A stretch of DNA of 31,224 nt from Candidatus Thorarchaeota archaeon (GCA_048882325.1 JBHLRS010000035.1:1-31224); one strand, 5' to 3'; positions 9,001 to 18,590 are shown, counted from the first letter of the stretch. The notes: generated by a model not told the origin, from the sequence alone. Numbers and translations are program-made.

Positions 9001-9675
9001 ATGGGACGAGGAAAGTCAATGGCCATTTGCTTTGCAGTTTTACTAGCTTCTGCTATCGTTGTTGGTGGTCTCTATGTTTTACTCTCAGCAGAGCCTTTGG
9101 TCGACTATGATGAAACAGTGACACTCTTTGAAACTGATTATGCCAGTGCTGAAAACATCTCAATATACTATGATGTCTGTTTTCATAATGTGACCTTCAA
9201 TGTAGTTGACGACCCCGGTTTCATGATAAAAATCAATTACAAACTCACAGTCTTGGTCGATGGAGCCAAAGGGAAGAACACGAATCTTCAGGTGAACTAC
9301 AATTCATACGGCACACAAGTGACAGTCGAGATCTTGAAGGAAAACCCAGCTGATGTCTGTGCTTTGAACAAAGGTGATGCTAGAGCAACTGTGAACGTTA
9401 CCATCAACAGGGCTTACATTATTGATATCGAGGCGCTGGCAGGTCATGGCAATATCAATCTGACAGCCAGTGGTGCAACTTTTCAGGACATCTACTTCCA
9501 CCATGGTATAAACTGTCCGGGTAACAATGGAATCAACATAACCAACTCAGTTGTCTACGGTGACCTGACATGCCAGGTAACAACAGGTCACTTCTGGGTC
9601 CGGCTTGATACTGTCAATGTCGTGGGTGATACGGTATGCAACCCACTAGACCGTGGAACACTAATAGTAATATGA
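9001..9675 (+). CDS. Membrane-anchored beta-rich surface protein (hypothetical; possibly DUF4097/adhesin-like)
   Basis: N-terminal hydrophobic helix followed by a V/I/N/T-rich beta pattern (GNINL, GDLTC, VVGD) and several N-x-S/T sequons. ATG 9001 preferred as start. Confidence 0.6.
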   Translation: MGRGKSMAICFAVLLASAIVVGGLYVLLSAEPLVDYDETVTLFETDYASAENISIYYDVCFHNVTFNVVDDPGFMIKINYKLTVLVDGAKGKNTNLQVNYNSYGTQVTVEILKENPADVCALNKGDARATVNVTINRAYIIDIEALAGHGNINLTASGATFQDIYFHHGINCPGNNGINITNSVVYGDLTCQVTTGHFWVRLDTVNVVGDTVCNPLDRGTLIVI

Positions 9676-9702
9676 TTCAATTACCTCTCCAAATCTGAAA
9701 CC

Positions 9703-10212
9703 ATGACTGTCCGTGAAATACTACAGCTTGGCAATCCTCAGTTGTACAAGACATCAGAAGAGGTGACAAAGGCCGAGCTAGATGAGATACCACCCATTGT
9801 CCAAGATCTACATGACACCATGATGGACTTCAGAAAGAAGTATGGTGCAGGCAGAGCCATAGCTGCTCCTCAGATCGGAGTCATGAAACGGATAGTCTAC
9901 ATGCACATTACCACTCCGGTAGTCTTCCTTAACCCAACTCTGAAGAATTTGAGTGATGAGATGATTGAGCTCTGGGATGACTGTATGTGTTTTCCAGACC
10001 TTCTTGTTAGAGTCCGTCGACATAAACGTTGTACGATTGAATACAGGGACATGGAATGGAACCTCAAAGCCATGGAACTAGAGGATGACCTGTCAGAATT
10101 GCTGCAACATGAGTATGACCATCTAGAGGGTGTCCTAGCTGTCATGAGGGCTATAGATAGATGGTCCTTCGCCTACAAAAACCAGATAGAACCTCATAGA
10201 CCTCAAACATAA
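9703..10212 (+). CDS. def: Peptide deformylase family protein (variant motifs)
   Basis: ILQLGNP.L, motif 1 GRAIAAPQIG, motif 2 DDCMCFP, motif 3 QHEYDHLEG. Confidence 0.9.
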   Translation: MTVREILQLGNPQLYKTSEEVTKAELDEIPPIVQDLHDTMMDFRKKYGAGRAIAAPQIGVMKRIVYMHITTPVVFLNPTLKNLSDEMIELWDDCMCFPDLLVRVRRHKRCTIEYRDMEWNLKAMELEDDLSELLQHEYDHLEGVLAVMRAIDRWSFAYKNQIEPHRPQT

Positions 10213-10284
10213 AGAGCGTAGAAAACAACATCCTCTTATGCTCTCCATCCCGTGGAGAACCATCAACGAGAGAGGAAACTATCA

Positions 10285-13200
10285 ATGAGGCACCTGCGTA
10301 TTCTGGTCGTTATCATAATCATTGCTACAGTTGGAATCATAGCTGGAGGCGCAGCTTATGGATGGTGGCTAGGTCAAACTATCTACATAGACATGTTCAA
10401 TGCTAAGGCTAATGTTGGATTCTGGGAAACTTGGACCCTACAAAACAACATATTCACAGCATCACTCTTGTTGGCTATCCTGAGCAGCGTATTTACCCTC
10501 TGGACACGCTCGACCTCACTGTCTTTCATCTCTGCTCTTTCACAGACAGGTACTCAACTAAAGAAACTGGATATCCGCACAGGAGTTATCTGGAGAATAC
10601 TCATGATAGGAGGCTTCTTTGTCTATTACGTTTCTACGGGCGGTTATTCAATCACTGGTCAGAATGTAGCATTCTTGATGATGCTCATGGGAGACGGGTC
10701 AATCTCTATAACCCCCGGTGAGGTTGCTACGCTATTCTCCTTGCCCTTTGCCCCTGGCACATCAGCTGATTCAATTCAGAGTCTGATTCCGGCAATGGAG
10801 GCGTATCAACTTTACGTAGGACTCATATCCACAGTACTTGTTGCAACAGCAGCAAGGCTAGTTCTCAGTATCGTCACAGACCTCATGCTACAGCGACGCG
10901 ACATCTTCGTTGTGATATCAAAGGGATTGATTGTAGTTTCACTAGCATTGATTCTTGAGATCCTCAGTGTACCCACCTGGACTGTCAATGCAGGTACATG
11001 GATGACATACCTTGCCCTGATAATTGCCCTTTGTGCAAGTATTGTGGGCTCAGTTGTCTTCATGGCTGTACGAGTACGGTCAGGTGACGCTCGCCAACGA
11101 TTAAGGAGTAAGATAGCTTCTCTCGAGGGAGATTTGGCTCGACTTCAGGGTGAGCTCCTCTCTCTTAGGCAGGAATACGAGGCAGGAGCAATCAATGCTG
11201 AAGACTATAGAAAGAGAGTAAACATGCTCATGGAAGACCGTGTTAATATTTCCAACGAGCTTCGAAGGCTCAAGATTGAACGGCTGATACCTCTGGGTGG
11301 TTCGCAGAAGTCTTTTGCTGCAATTTCGGTACTCCTTATTGTAATCGTGGTCATGCTTCCAGTCATCCAAGGTTTTTACTATGGGATCCAGATGGAGGGT
11401 GACAAGTTTATTGATTGGAAGTTCAATCTAGAAACAAACAAGGAGATTGAGATTACAACGTGGGCTGCTGGACTGAGTGATTTTGAAGTAAAGTCGCTTG
11501 ACGATCTGGTGGTTAATGCTACGCCTGAAAGTGAGGTTGAAACGCTCACAACTGTTCGACAGTGGGACCAAACGGCGAGTTACTTGCGGATGCGGAACCA
11601 GATAGGGACGAACTGGATGCAATTAGCGGACTCGGACATAGTCCTGTTGAATAATCACGAGTACTGGATTGCACCGCTGACATTTGATACTGGGGCGACC
11701 TGGACCAGCTTCATCAACCAACACATTCTCTACACTCACACGGAGGGAATCCTTGTTCTGGATGCCTTTAGTGGTGAACTGATTCAAGGGGACAACCTTG
11801 TTGCGCTCTTCAACAGAAGTCAAGATGTCAACTTCTATTATGGTGAGGGAAGAGGATTCAGTGACGTTGTGTTTGTCAACGTTCCCAATTTTGAGGAAGT
11901 TGGAAATGCAACCTTTGGCGGCACCCCTGACTATACGCTTTCAGGGTTTGAGTCATTCTTCTACATTCTAACAATGGGTCCGAATGCTTGGTCATATATC
12001 GGAAGGGACATGGACATGCTGGTGGAGCGGAACGTCCTATCTCGGGTTAATTCAGTAATGCTTCAAGGACTTACAGTTGACAATGACCCCTACATTGTGG
12101 TTGATTCTGAGGGAGGGCTCTACTACGCTGTTTCAATCTACATAGACTACCATCTATCGACTGGCTATGCTCATGAAAACTACATGCGTTTCATGGGTGT
12201 ATGTCTTGTGGATATTGAATCAGGTGGAATGGGATTCTACTCTGCACCCAATGCTGGTGAGGGTCTCTTTCTTGATAACACTTACAGAAACTATTACGAT
12301 TGGCAGGAGATGCCTGATTGGCTCCAGTCACAATTGAAATGGCCTGAAGACCTCTATGAACGCCAGCTTGAAGTTGCATACATCTATCATGTGACCGAAG
12401 GTGAGCAATGGAGTACAGGAGTTGACTTTCATCAGAGCCCTGAGGACTCTGACACACGTTACGTGATCATGACCATCGAGGGTGTAGAACGGTTCGTGGC
12501 TTATCACAACAGTGAGTTCCTGCAAACTACAGCACACAACCTTGCAGGTATCTACATAATGGGATGCGGTGACACAGACTTTGGACGGTTCACATTCTAC
12601 AAGGCTGGAGAGGATGGGTTCTCTGATTGGTTGGGCCCCAATGCAGCAGTTCAAGCGTTCGAAACGAATGATATTGTTAGGACACAACTACAACTCTGGG
12701 GTGAGCATCGATATGGAAACCGTCTGCTCTATCATCTAGGCGGAGATCTTTTCTTCGTGATCCCAGTCTTCCTTGAAGTTGAAACTTCCATCAACCGAGT
12801 CATCCAGAAACTGGGTGGTGTTGGTCTTGTCGATGTACAGACCGGAGACCGTGTAGAACTGGGTGAGAGTGTTGTTGAGGCGTACTACAAGATGTTTGGA
12901 CTCCTCAACCAGACAATTGTTGAATCCGGTGAGATTGGTTTCGAGAGTATTAGCTTCAATCCAGTCACTATTGACTCTGGAGAGTTTACGAGTCTGACTG
13001 CATTGATGAGGAATAATGACAATACCACACAACATCTCTACATGGACATAGTTCTCCTCTCATCGTTGGCCAACTTCTCAGTGATGTGGCGCGGTTCTGA
13101 AGTCACTCCTACAATCTCAAGTACAAATGAGACATTCACTTTAGACATCGGCCTAGTTGGAGCTGGAGACTTGTATGGCACTACACCCTTGGTGACAGCA

Positions 13201-13305
13201 TATCTACCTGAAGGTATAGTGCTGGCACAATACCTGGTGATGATTATCCTACGAACTGATGATGGGGTGGTGGATCAGATCAATCTGCTCTTGACGGTTA
13301 CCTAA
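10285..13305 (+). CDS. UPF0182-like multi-pass membrane protein with a large extracytoplasmic domain
   Basis: N-terminal TM helices, then T..A.GL, VR.WD, NQHILYTH..G, YYGE, DNDPY.V, NYMR, PEDLY..Q....Y.YHV, GP. ATG 10285 follows a GAGAGG SD-like sequence. Confidence 0.8.
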   Translation: MRHLRILVVIIIIATVGIIAGGAAYGWWLGQTIYIDMFNAKANVGFWETWTLQNNIFTASLLLAILSSVFTLWTRSTSLSFISALSQTGTQLKKLDIRTGVIWRILMIGGFFVYYVSTGGYSITGQNVAFLMMLMGDGSISITPGEVATLFSLPFAPGTSADSIQSLIPAMEAYQLYVGLISTVLVATAARLVLSIVTDLMLQRRDIFVVISKGLIVVSLALILEILSVPTWTVNAGTWMTYLALIIALCASIVGSVVFMAVRVRSGDARQRLRSKIASLEGDLARLQGELLSLRQEYEAGAINAEDYRKRVNMLMEDRVNISNELRRLKIERLIPLGGSQKSFAAISVLLIVIVVMLPVIQGFYYGIQMEGDKFIDWKFNLETNKEIEITTWAAGLSDFEVKSLDDLVVNATPESEVETLTTVRQWDQTASYLRMRNQIGTNWMQLADSDIVLLNNHEYWIAPLTFDTGATWTSFINQHILYTHTEGILVLDAFSGELIQGDNLVALFNRSQDVNFYYGEGRGFSDVVFVNVPNFEEVGNATFGGTPDYTLSGFESFFYILTMGPNAWSYIGRDMDMLVERNVLSRVNSVMLQGLTVDNDPYIVVDSEGGLYYAVSIYIDYHLSTGYAHENYMRFMGVCLVDIESGGMGFYSAPNAGEGLFLDNTYRNYYDWQEMPDWLQSQLKWPEDLYERQLEVAYIYHVTEGEQWSTGVDFHQSPEDSDTRYVIMTIEGVERFVAYHNSEFLQTTAHNLAGIYIMGCGDTDFGRFTFYKAGEDGFSDWLGPNAAVQAFETNDIVRTQLQLWGEHRYGNRLLYHLGGDLFFVIPVFLEVETSINRVIQKLGGVGLVDVQTGDRVELGESVVEAYYKMFGLLNQTIVESGEIGFESISFNPVTIDSGEFTSLTALMRNNDNTTQHLYMDIVLLSSLANFSVMWRGSEVTPTISSTNETFTLDIGLVGAGDLYGTTPLVTAYLPEGIVLAQYLVMIILRTDDGVVDQINLLLTVT

Positions 13306-15331
13306 TCCTGAACCAGGAGATGGTGCGGTCAAGACCAGACTTGAATAGGACCTTCGGAGAGAATCCTAGAACCTTGGATGTTCTCTCCATACTCCCGACG
13401 CTGTCCTTGACATCCCCTTCACGGGCATCTATATGGACTATCTTCGAGGTTGACGTGGGGATACGCTCCTTGATGAAATTCGCCAGCTCTAGAATACTGA
13501 TTGAGTTGGTCCCAGAGAGGTTCAGGATTTCATTTGATCTACTCTCAAGAAGCCCACCTAGGTAAGTCGCTCGAACAACATCCTCAACATTGATGAAGCT
13601 CCTAGTCTGCTCTCCATCCCCTTCTATCGTGATGTCCTCATTTCGAATTCCCTGATTAATGAAGATTGGAATAACTCCACTATACTCCGAGTGTTCTTGA
13701 CGTGTGCCGTATACATTGAAGTATCGAAAGATGGTCGGAACTAGTCCGTAGAGTGATTCGAATGATAGGCACTCCATTTCTGCAGCGACCTTTGATTCCG
13801 CGTATGGACTCAAAGGATTGAGTGGGCTGTCTTCACGTACCGGAAGTGAAGTTGGATTGCCATAGACTGCTGCACTCGAACTGAAGACAAACCTCTTTGC
13901 ATTGCATGTCCTAGCAAGTTCCAGCATATTTCTCGTGCCCTTGACATTGACCCTATTCACCTCATCGGGATTTTCGATAGAAAACTTGACTGAAGATATC
14001 GCAGCAAGATGAAACACAATGTCGACAGGTCTCTTTACGATTTCTATGAGATTCTCATCACAGATGTCAAAATTCGCAAATTCGAAGTTACTATTTTTCA
14101 GTGCGTTAGAAAGGTTCTCCATTTTTCCTGTTCTGAGATTGTCTATTCCCACAACATAGAATTCTTCAGTCAGCAACAAATCGACTAGGTGACTCCCAAC
14201 AAATCCCGCAGCACCAGAAACAACCACAGTTCTTTTCATCTCTACAGTGGCTGATTCTGGTTTTACTGTTATTTCTTCCTCCTCGACCCTATCCCGATTT
14301 GATATCCAACTTCTAAACACCTGGGCAATAGCTAGCATGAATAGAGCTGGTCCTGCAAAAATCATAGCTAGATAGATGAACACAGCAACCCTCGAAAATA
14401 ATTCAGCGAGTAGGCAAACCACTAGAGTTGACACTATTAGGGTAACAAATAGGGTTCGTACAGTACGGATGTTGAAAGGTTTGATCTGAGGATATCTTAC
14501 CTCTGGCGCTCTTGGACTCAACCAAAGCAGGAATACGACAACGCTATAGAATCCTACTGTAAGTAGCATGGTTTCTAATGACGGTATGCGCTCAGGAACC
14601 AAACCAATGAACAGTACAATATTCAAGAGAAGAAGGTAGCCAAAATTCACAGTAAGACCAGTCCGACCAAGCTTCAGTAAATTTATGCTGACGTTGCCCT
14701 CCCTCTTTGTAGCAATCGCTTGAAAGGCTCCAAAAATAACGAATAGGTTTGTCAATAACAAAAACATGACAATTACCAGATTGAAACCAAAAGAGTTGGA
14801 CAAGAAGATCGCCCCTACAAAGAAGACAATCAGGTATATCGTAAGATTTTGTTTTCTATTCTTCATCAAAGTACTACCAATAATTGGCTTCACATGCTTG
14901 CCAACAGAGGCAGCTACCATCTGAAAGACCATGATTGGAATAATGAATGAGAACACAGCGTGCCAGAAAAGCGCAATCACCATGAACTCCCCCACTGCAA
15001 ATCCCAAATAGGAACCAAACTGGGGTCCCGGTTCACTCAGATATCCTGCCCAGATCACTTTCGTTATCCATGATTCATAGAGTCCAAAAATGACTCCCCA
15101 AAGGTAGAGTTGTGTCAAAGATGTTCGATGATACCGAATGGCTAAATTGAGAAGGAAGAGTGCGTGAGCCCAATAGAGTGGAAAAACAATAACGAGCCCC
15201 CATGCTTCAACGAACCATGTTGGATCAGATCCCGATAGCACCTCTGCGAAGAAAAGAGAAAGTAAACCAAATAGAATGAGGACTAGGGGTCTTGACTTTT
15301 GGAGTTGGTCATTCGAGTCCTCCTCCATCAT
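13298..15331 (-). CDS. Fusion of a ~345-aa polytopic membrane domain with an NAD-dependent NDP-sugar epimerase/dehydratase (extended SDR)
   Basis: N-terminal half has about 9-10 hydrophobic segments. From Met365 (nt 14239) come VVVSGAAGFVGSHL, HLAA, SSSAAVYG, YAESK, RYFNVYG, GDGEQTRSF, R.GDV. Confidence 0.85.
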   Translation of the reverse strand: MMEEDSNDQLQKSRPLVLILFGLLSLFFAEVLSGSDPTWFVEAWGLVIVFPLYWAHALFLLNLAIRYHRTSLTQLYLWGVIFGLYESWITKVIWAGYLSEPGPQFGSYLGFAVGEFMVIALFWHAVFSFIIPIMVFQMVAASVGKHVKPIIGSTLMKNRKQNLTIYLIVFFVGAIFLSNSFGFNLVIVMFLLLTNLFVIFGAFQAIATKREGNVSINLLKLGRTGLTVNFGYLLLLNIVLFIGLVPERIPSLETMLLTVGFYSVVVFLLWLSPRAPEVRYPQIKPFNIRTVRTLFVTLIVSTLVVCLLAELFSRVAVFIYLAMIFAGPALFMLAIAQVFRSWISNRDRVEEEEITVKPESATVEMKRTVVVSGAAGFVGSHLVDLLLTEEFYVVGIDNLRTGKMENLSNALKNSNFEFANFDICDENLIEIVKRPVDIVFHLAAISSVKFSIENPDEVNRVNVKGTRNMLELARTCNAKRFVFSSSAAVYGNPTSLPVREDSPLNPLSPYAESKVAAEMECLSFESLYGLVPTIFRYFNVYGTRQEHSEYSGVIPIFINQGIRNEDITIEGDGEQTRSFINVEDVVRATYLGGLLESRSNEILNLSGTNSISILELANFIKERIPTSTSKIVHIDAREGDVKDSVGSMERTSKVLGFSPKVLFKSGLDRTISWFRIR

Positions 15332-15413
15332 GTTGCACAGTCAGACGCACTAACTGATAAAATGTACTGCAAAGGCCTATATCGCGTATAAAGAGTCAAG
15401 ATGGTGGTTGTCA

Positions 15414-15701
15414 ATGTACTTCGTCTACATAATCGAAACAGAAGACGGTACCTATTACACAGGAATGACCAATGATGTTGTACGGCGATTCCAAGAACAT
15501 CTCTCAAGAAACTCACGATCTGCTGCATATCTAAAGATGCACAAAGCTGCCTATGTTGTCTACATGACAGAATGCAAGACACGTGGTGCTGCGATGAAGC
15601 TTGAACGAAGACTAAAGAAAGACTACAAGTTCAAGATGGAGTGTATCGGTCCCCGCCGTGACATCAGAGAGGTCATTGAATCCGAACTGAGTTATCGCTG
15701 A
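15414..15701 (+). CDS. Small GIY-YIG nuclease family protein (UPF0213-like)
   Basis: YFVYI...DGTYYTG.T.D..RR..EH and A.KLE..LK; ATG at 15414. Confidence 0.88.
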   Translation: MYFVYIIETEDGTYYTGMTNDVVRRFQEHLSRNSRSAAYLKMHKAAYVVYMTECKTRGAAMKLERRLKKDYKFKMECIGPRRDIREVIESELSYR

Positions 15702-15711
15702 TTTTTTTCTT
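15702..15711 (+). terminator. Oligo-T archaeal-type terminator candidate
   Basis: TTTTTTTCTT directly after the GIY-YIG stop codon. Confidence 0.45.
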
Positions 15712-15765
15712 GAATCTCGAAGCCTTCTTATCGAGGATTATGTTTTGGCTTTAAGAGTGACCCTG

Positions 15766-17286
15766 ATGACGGAGATTGTACTCGCGATTGATTCTGGAAC
15801 CACTGGAGTCAGGTCCATGTTCTTTGACAAATCTGGCAATGTGATTGGTCAGGCTTATTCAGAGTTTGAGAGTTATTTTCCCAGTCCTTCGTGGGTAGAG
15901 CAGGATGCAGAGGACTGGTGGACCAAGTCCTGTGAAACCATCAAACATTCTCTATCTGAAACTGGACTAGACCCAGAGCGAGTCATTGGCATTAGCGTGA
16001 CTAATCAGAGAGAAACGATTGTCCCCATCGATGACAACGGAGATCCTCTCAGAAGAGCGATTGTCTGGCAAGACCGAAGAACAGTACCTCAATGCAATTG
16101 GATTGAGAAGGAGGTCTCTCAGGATGCTGTCTATGCAACTACAGGACTCACAGTAGATCCATACTTTTCAGCACCCAAGATTCTGTGGATAAAAGAGCAT
16201 GAGGAGTCGACCTTCAAGAAGACACACAAATTCCTACTTGTTCATGACTTTCTAATTCATAGGCTATCAGATGAGTATGTGACAGACTTCTCCAATGCCA
16301 GCAGAACAATGCTGTTCGACATACGACAAGCAATATGGTCTGATAGAATTCTTGATGCGTTTGGGATTCCCAAGGAGAAGCTCCCTGAAACCGTTGAGTC
16401 TGGCACAAAGATTGGAGAACTCACCTCAAAGGCCTCTAAGGAAACGAGTCTCAAGGAGGGAACACCCATTGTTGCGGGAGGCGGTGACCAACAATGTGCT
16501 GCACTAGGTGTTGGTGTCGTCAAGGAAGGGAGACTGAAGTCCACAACAGGAACAGGCACATTTTTGCTAGCTCATTCAAAGACTGTCCGTCTAGATCCGG
16601 GTCTTCGGGTGTTATGCAGCCGACATGTCGTGCCCAATGCCTTTGTTGTTGAGGCAAGTATGTTCACGACTGGCTCCGCATTGAAGTGGTTCCGGGACAA
16701 TCTTGGTAGTGAAGAGCGCTCATTGGCAGATAATCGTGGTGTTGATCCGTATGAGGTCATAACTGAGGAAGCAGAGAGAATACCGCCTGGTTCTGAGGGA
16801 GTCGTTCACATCCCTCACTTTGTTGGTGCTGGAGCTCCGAACTGGAATCCTCACGCTCGAGGAATTTTTGCAGGTCTTGCATTAGGTCATACTCGAGCTC
16901 ACATCATTCGAGCCATATTGGAAGGAGTTTCCTATGAGATTCGTACAAATGTTGAGGTCATGAGAGAGCTTGGGTTGCCGTCTCAGGAGATTCGCGTCAC
17001 TGGGGGCGCAGCAAGAAGTGATCCCTGGATGCAGATTCAATCTAATATCCTTCGGATACCGGTCATACGGACTCAGATGGAAGAAGCAACTGCTGTCGGT
17101 GCTGCTATTCTTGCATGCAAGGGAATTGGTGTCTTCAAGTCAGTTGCTCAGGCGTCTGAAGAAATGGTCAAAACACTTCCTCCACTATCCCCGACGAAAG
17201 AAACACTTGAAGTCTATCAGAAAGGATACCAAAAGTTCAAGGAGCTATACACTGCAATCTCTAGCTTAAGACTAGATGATAGTTAG
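15766..17286 (+). CDS. FGGY-family carbohydrate kinase (glycerol kinase/xylulokinase-like)
   Basis: IDSGTTG, WVEQD, TNQRET, AIVWQDRRT, DPYFSAPK, TD.SNASRT.LF, GDQQ, GTG, TGGAARS; ATG at 15766. Confidence 0.92.
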   Translation: MTEIVLAIDSGTTGVRSMFFDKSGNVIGQAYSEFESYFPSPSWVEQDAEDWWTKSCETIKHSLSETGLDPERVIGISVTNQRETIVPIDDNGDPLRRAIVWQDRRTVPQCNWIEKEVSQDAVYATTGLTVDPYFSAPKILWIKEHEESTFKKTHKFLLVHDFLIHRLSDEYVTDFSNASRTMLFDIRQAIWSDRILDAFGIPKEKLPETVESGTKIGELTSKASKETSLKEGTPIVAGGGDQQCAALGVGVVKEGRLKSTTGTGTFLLAHSKTVRLDPGLRVLCSRHVVPNAFVVEASMFTTGSALKWFRDNLGSEERSLADNRGVDPYEVITEEAERIPPGSEGVVHIPHFVGAGAPNWNPHARGIFAGLALGHTRAHIIRAILEGVSYEIRTNVEVMRELGLPSQEIRVTGGAARSDPWMQIQSNILRIPVIRTQMEEATAVGAAILACKGIGVFKSVAQASEEMVKTLPPLSPTKETLEVYQKGYQKFKELYTAISSLRLDDS

Positions 17287-18569
17287 TCTGAATAGACTGC
17301 AATCTTGTTTCCCTTGTCGAGGATGAGAATCTTCACACCCGAATCCTCTTTGATCCACTCATCAATGACCGTCTGCGGGTTGTCCACAGCTTCAAGATGT
17401 GCCGCTTCGACCGTTTCTTTATCAAGTTCCGAATATAGTCGAACCCGGGGAACTCGTTTCAAGAGCTCTGCAAACTTGTACGCTTTGTGTTCATAGAGGT
17501 GATACTCTCCACTGATTGAGCTGATTACTTCATCAAGAGGTGCTGTGAGTTTGTCGTAGAAGTTCTCAATAGCTTTCTCAGGCGCAACACCATCCCTACA
17601 CTCTGCGAGAAACAGTATTTGTCCACCATCTTTCACTGCGCTCTTTGTGAGTTCAATCGCTCGTTGTGCATGATACAGACTTTTGTCTTGCGGATATCCT
17701 CCTGGTGAAACAACTATACGTGTCTGAGGTTCCACCGTGAAACTTGAGGTCTCATCCAGTAGTTCCATTCCCCGAGCCGAGACTGGTTCAGGATGTCCCG
17801 CATCCGCCCAAACGAGTTTTCTGTCACTCGTTACAATTGCGACAAGGAATATTTTTGCCTCACCAGCGATTATGCCCATTGCCTCTCTCATATCATCTGC
17901 CAATGGATTGTCTTTTCTGGATACATCAGGATGAAAGGGATGTACTCCGAAAGTTGAGCGTGGATTTAGAGCAAGCGAGTGATTTGCTTCAATGGTTTTG
18001 AAACCGCATACACCTGGAAGGAAGTTTTTTACAACATTGGAATAGCCTGCAAAGTAATGTGCCTTCATATCTGTCAGACTAACGTAAACATCATGACCGA
18101 TAGCTCTGGAATTGACAATGAGTGGAGTGCCTCTACTGGTTTTTCCCACGTTCGTCATCTCAGTTGATTGACAATCATGAATTATGACATCATAGTTGGT
18201 GAGTTTGGAGTCTTCAGCCACACGTTTGATCATTTCTACAATCTCATGATTCCCTGGATGGTCAACCACGTGAGAGCCCGTGGTGACGATGAACTGGACT
18301 CGATTAGCATCTGTTAGTCTCGGAACGACAGCTGAAACCATCGCCCAGTGAGGTGCATCCCGAGTATGGTCTTCCACAAACACGCAAACACTCTTGCTTT
18401 TTGAGATGTCTCTGAGAAGTGGACCATGTGGATTGTCTAACACACTCTCAATTCCAGTTTGAACATCTGATTTTGTCTTAGCGGGTTTAGGTTCAATGAT
18501 ACCTGCTAAATTCTCGTCTGGAATCTTGAGTTTTATAGTTCCTTCACCGTATGATACGTCAATCTCCAA
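17283..18569 (-). CDS. LarA-family (nickel-pincer nucleotide-dependent) 2-hydroxyacid racemase/epimerase homolog
   Basis: DHTR, TGSH, HD, G.TSRGTP, HYFAGYS...K..LPG, NH, GGYP.D..LY, GG.I...AEC.DG; TTG start with a GATGAGG SD-like sequence. Confidence 0.85.
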   Translation of the reverse strand: MEIDVSYGEGTIKLKIPDENLAGIIEPKPAKTKSDVQTGIESVLDNPHGPLLRDISKSKSVCVFVEDHTRDAPHWAMVSAVVPRLTDANRVQFIVTTGSHVVDHPGNHEIVEMIKRVAEDSKLTNYDVIIHDCQSTEMTNVGKTSRGTPLIVNSRAIGHDVYVSLTDMKAHYFAGYSNVVKNFLPGVCGFKTIEANHSLALNPRSTFGVHPFHPDVSRKDNPLADDMREAMGIIAGEAKIFLVAIVTSDRKLVWADAGHPEPVSARGMELLDETSSFTVEPQTRIVVSPGGYPQDKSLYHAQRAIELTKSAVKDGGQILFLAECRDGVAPEKAIENFYDKLTAPLDEVISSISGEYHLYEHKAYKFAELLKRVPRVRLYSELDKETVEAAHLEAVDNPQTVIDEWIKEDSGVKILILDKGNKIAVYSD

Positions 18570-18590
18570 TGTGTTGCCTCATCCTAACGT

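Noticed and set aside
15414-15701. GIY-YIG protein as a homing endonuclease or mobile element
   Set aside because: Small stand-alone UPF0213-like size, with no intron or intein context, terminal repeats or transposase
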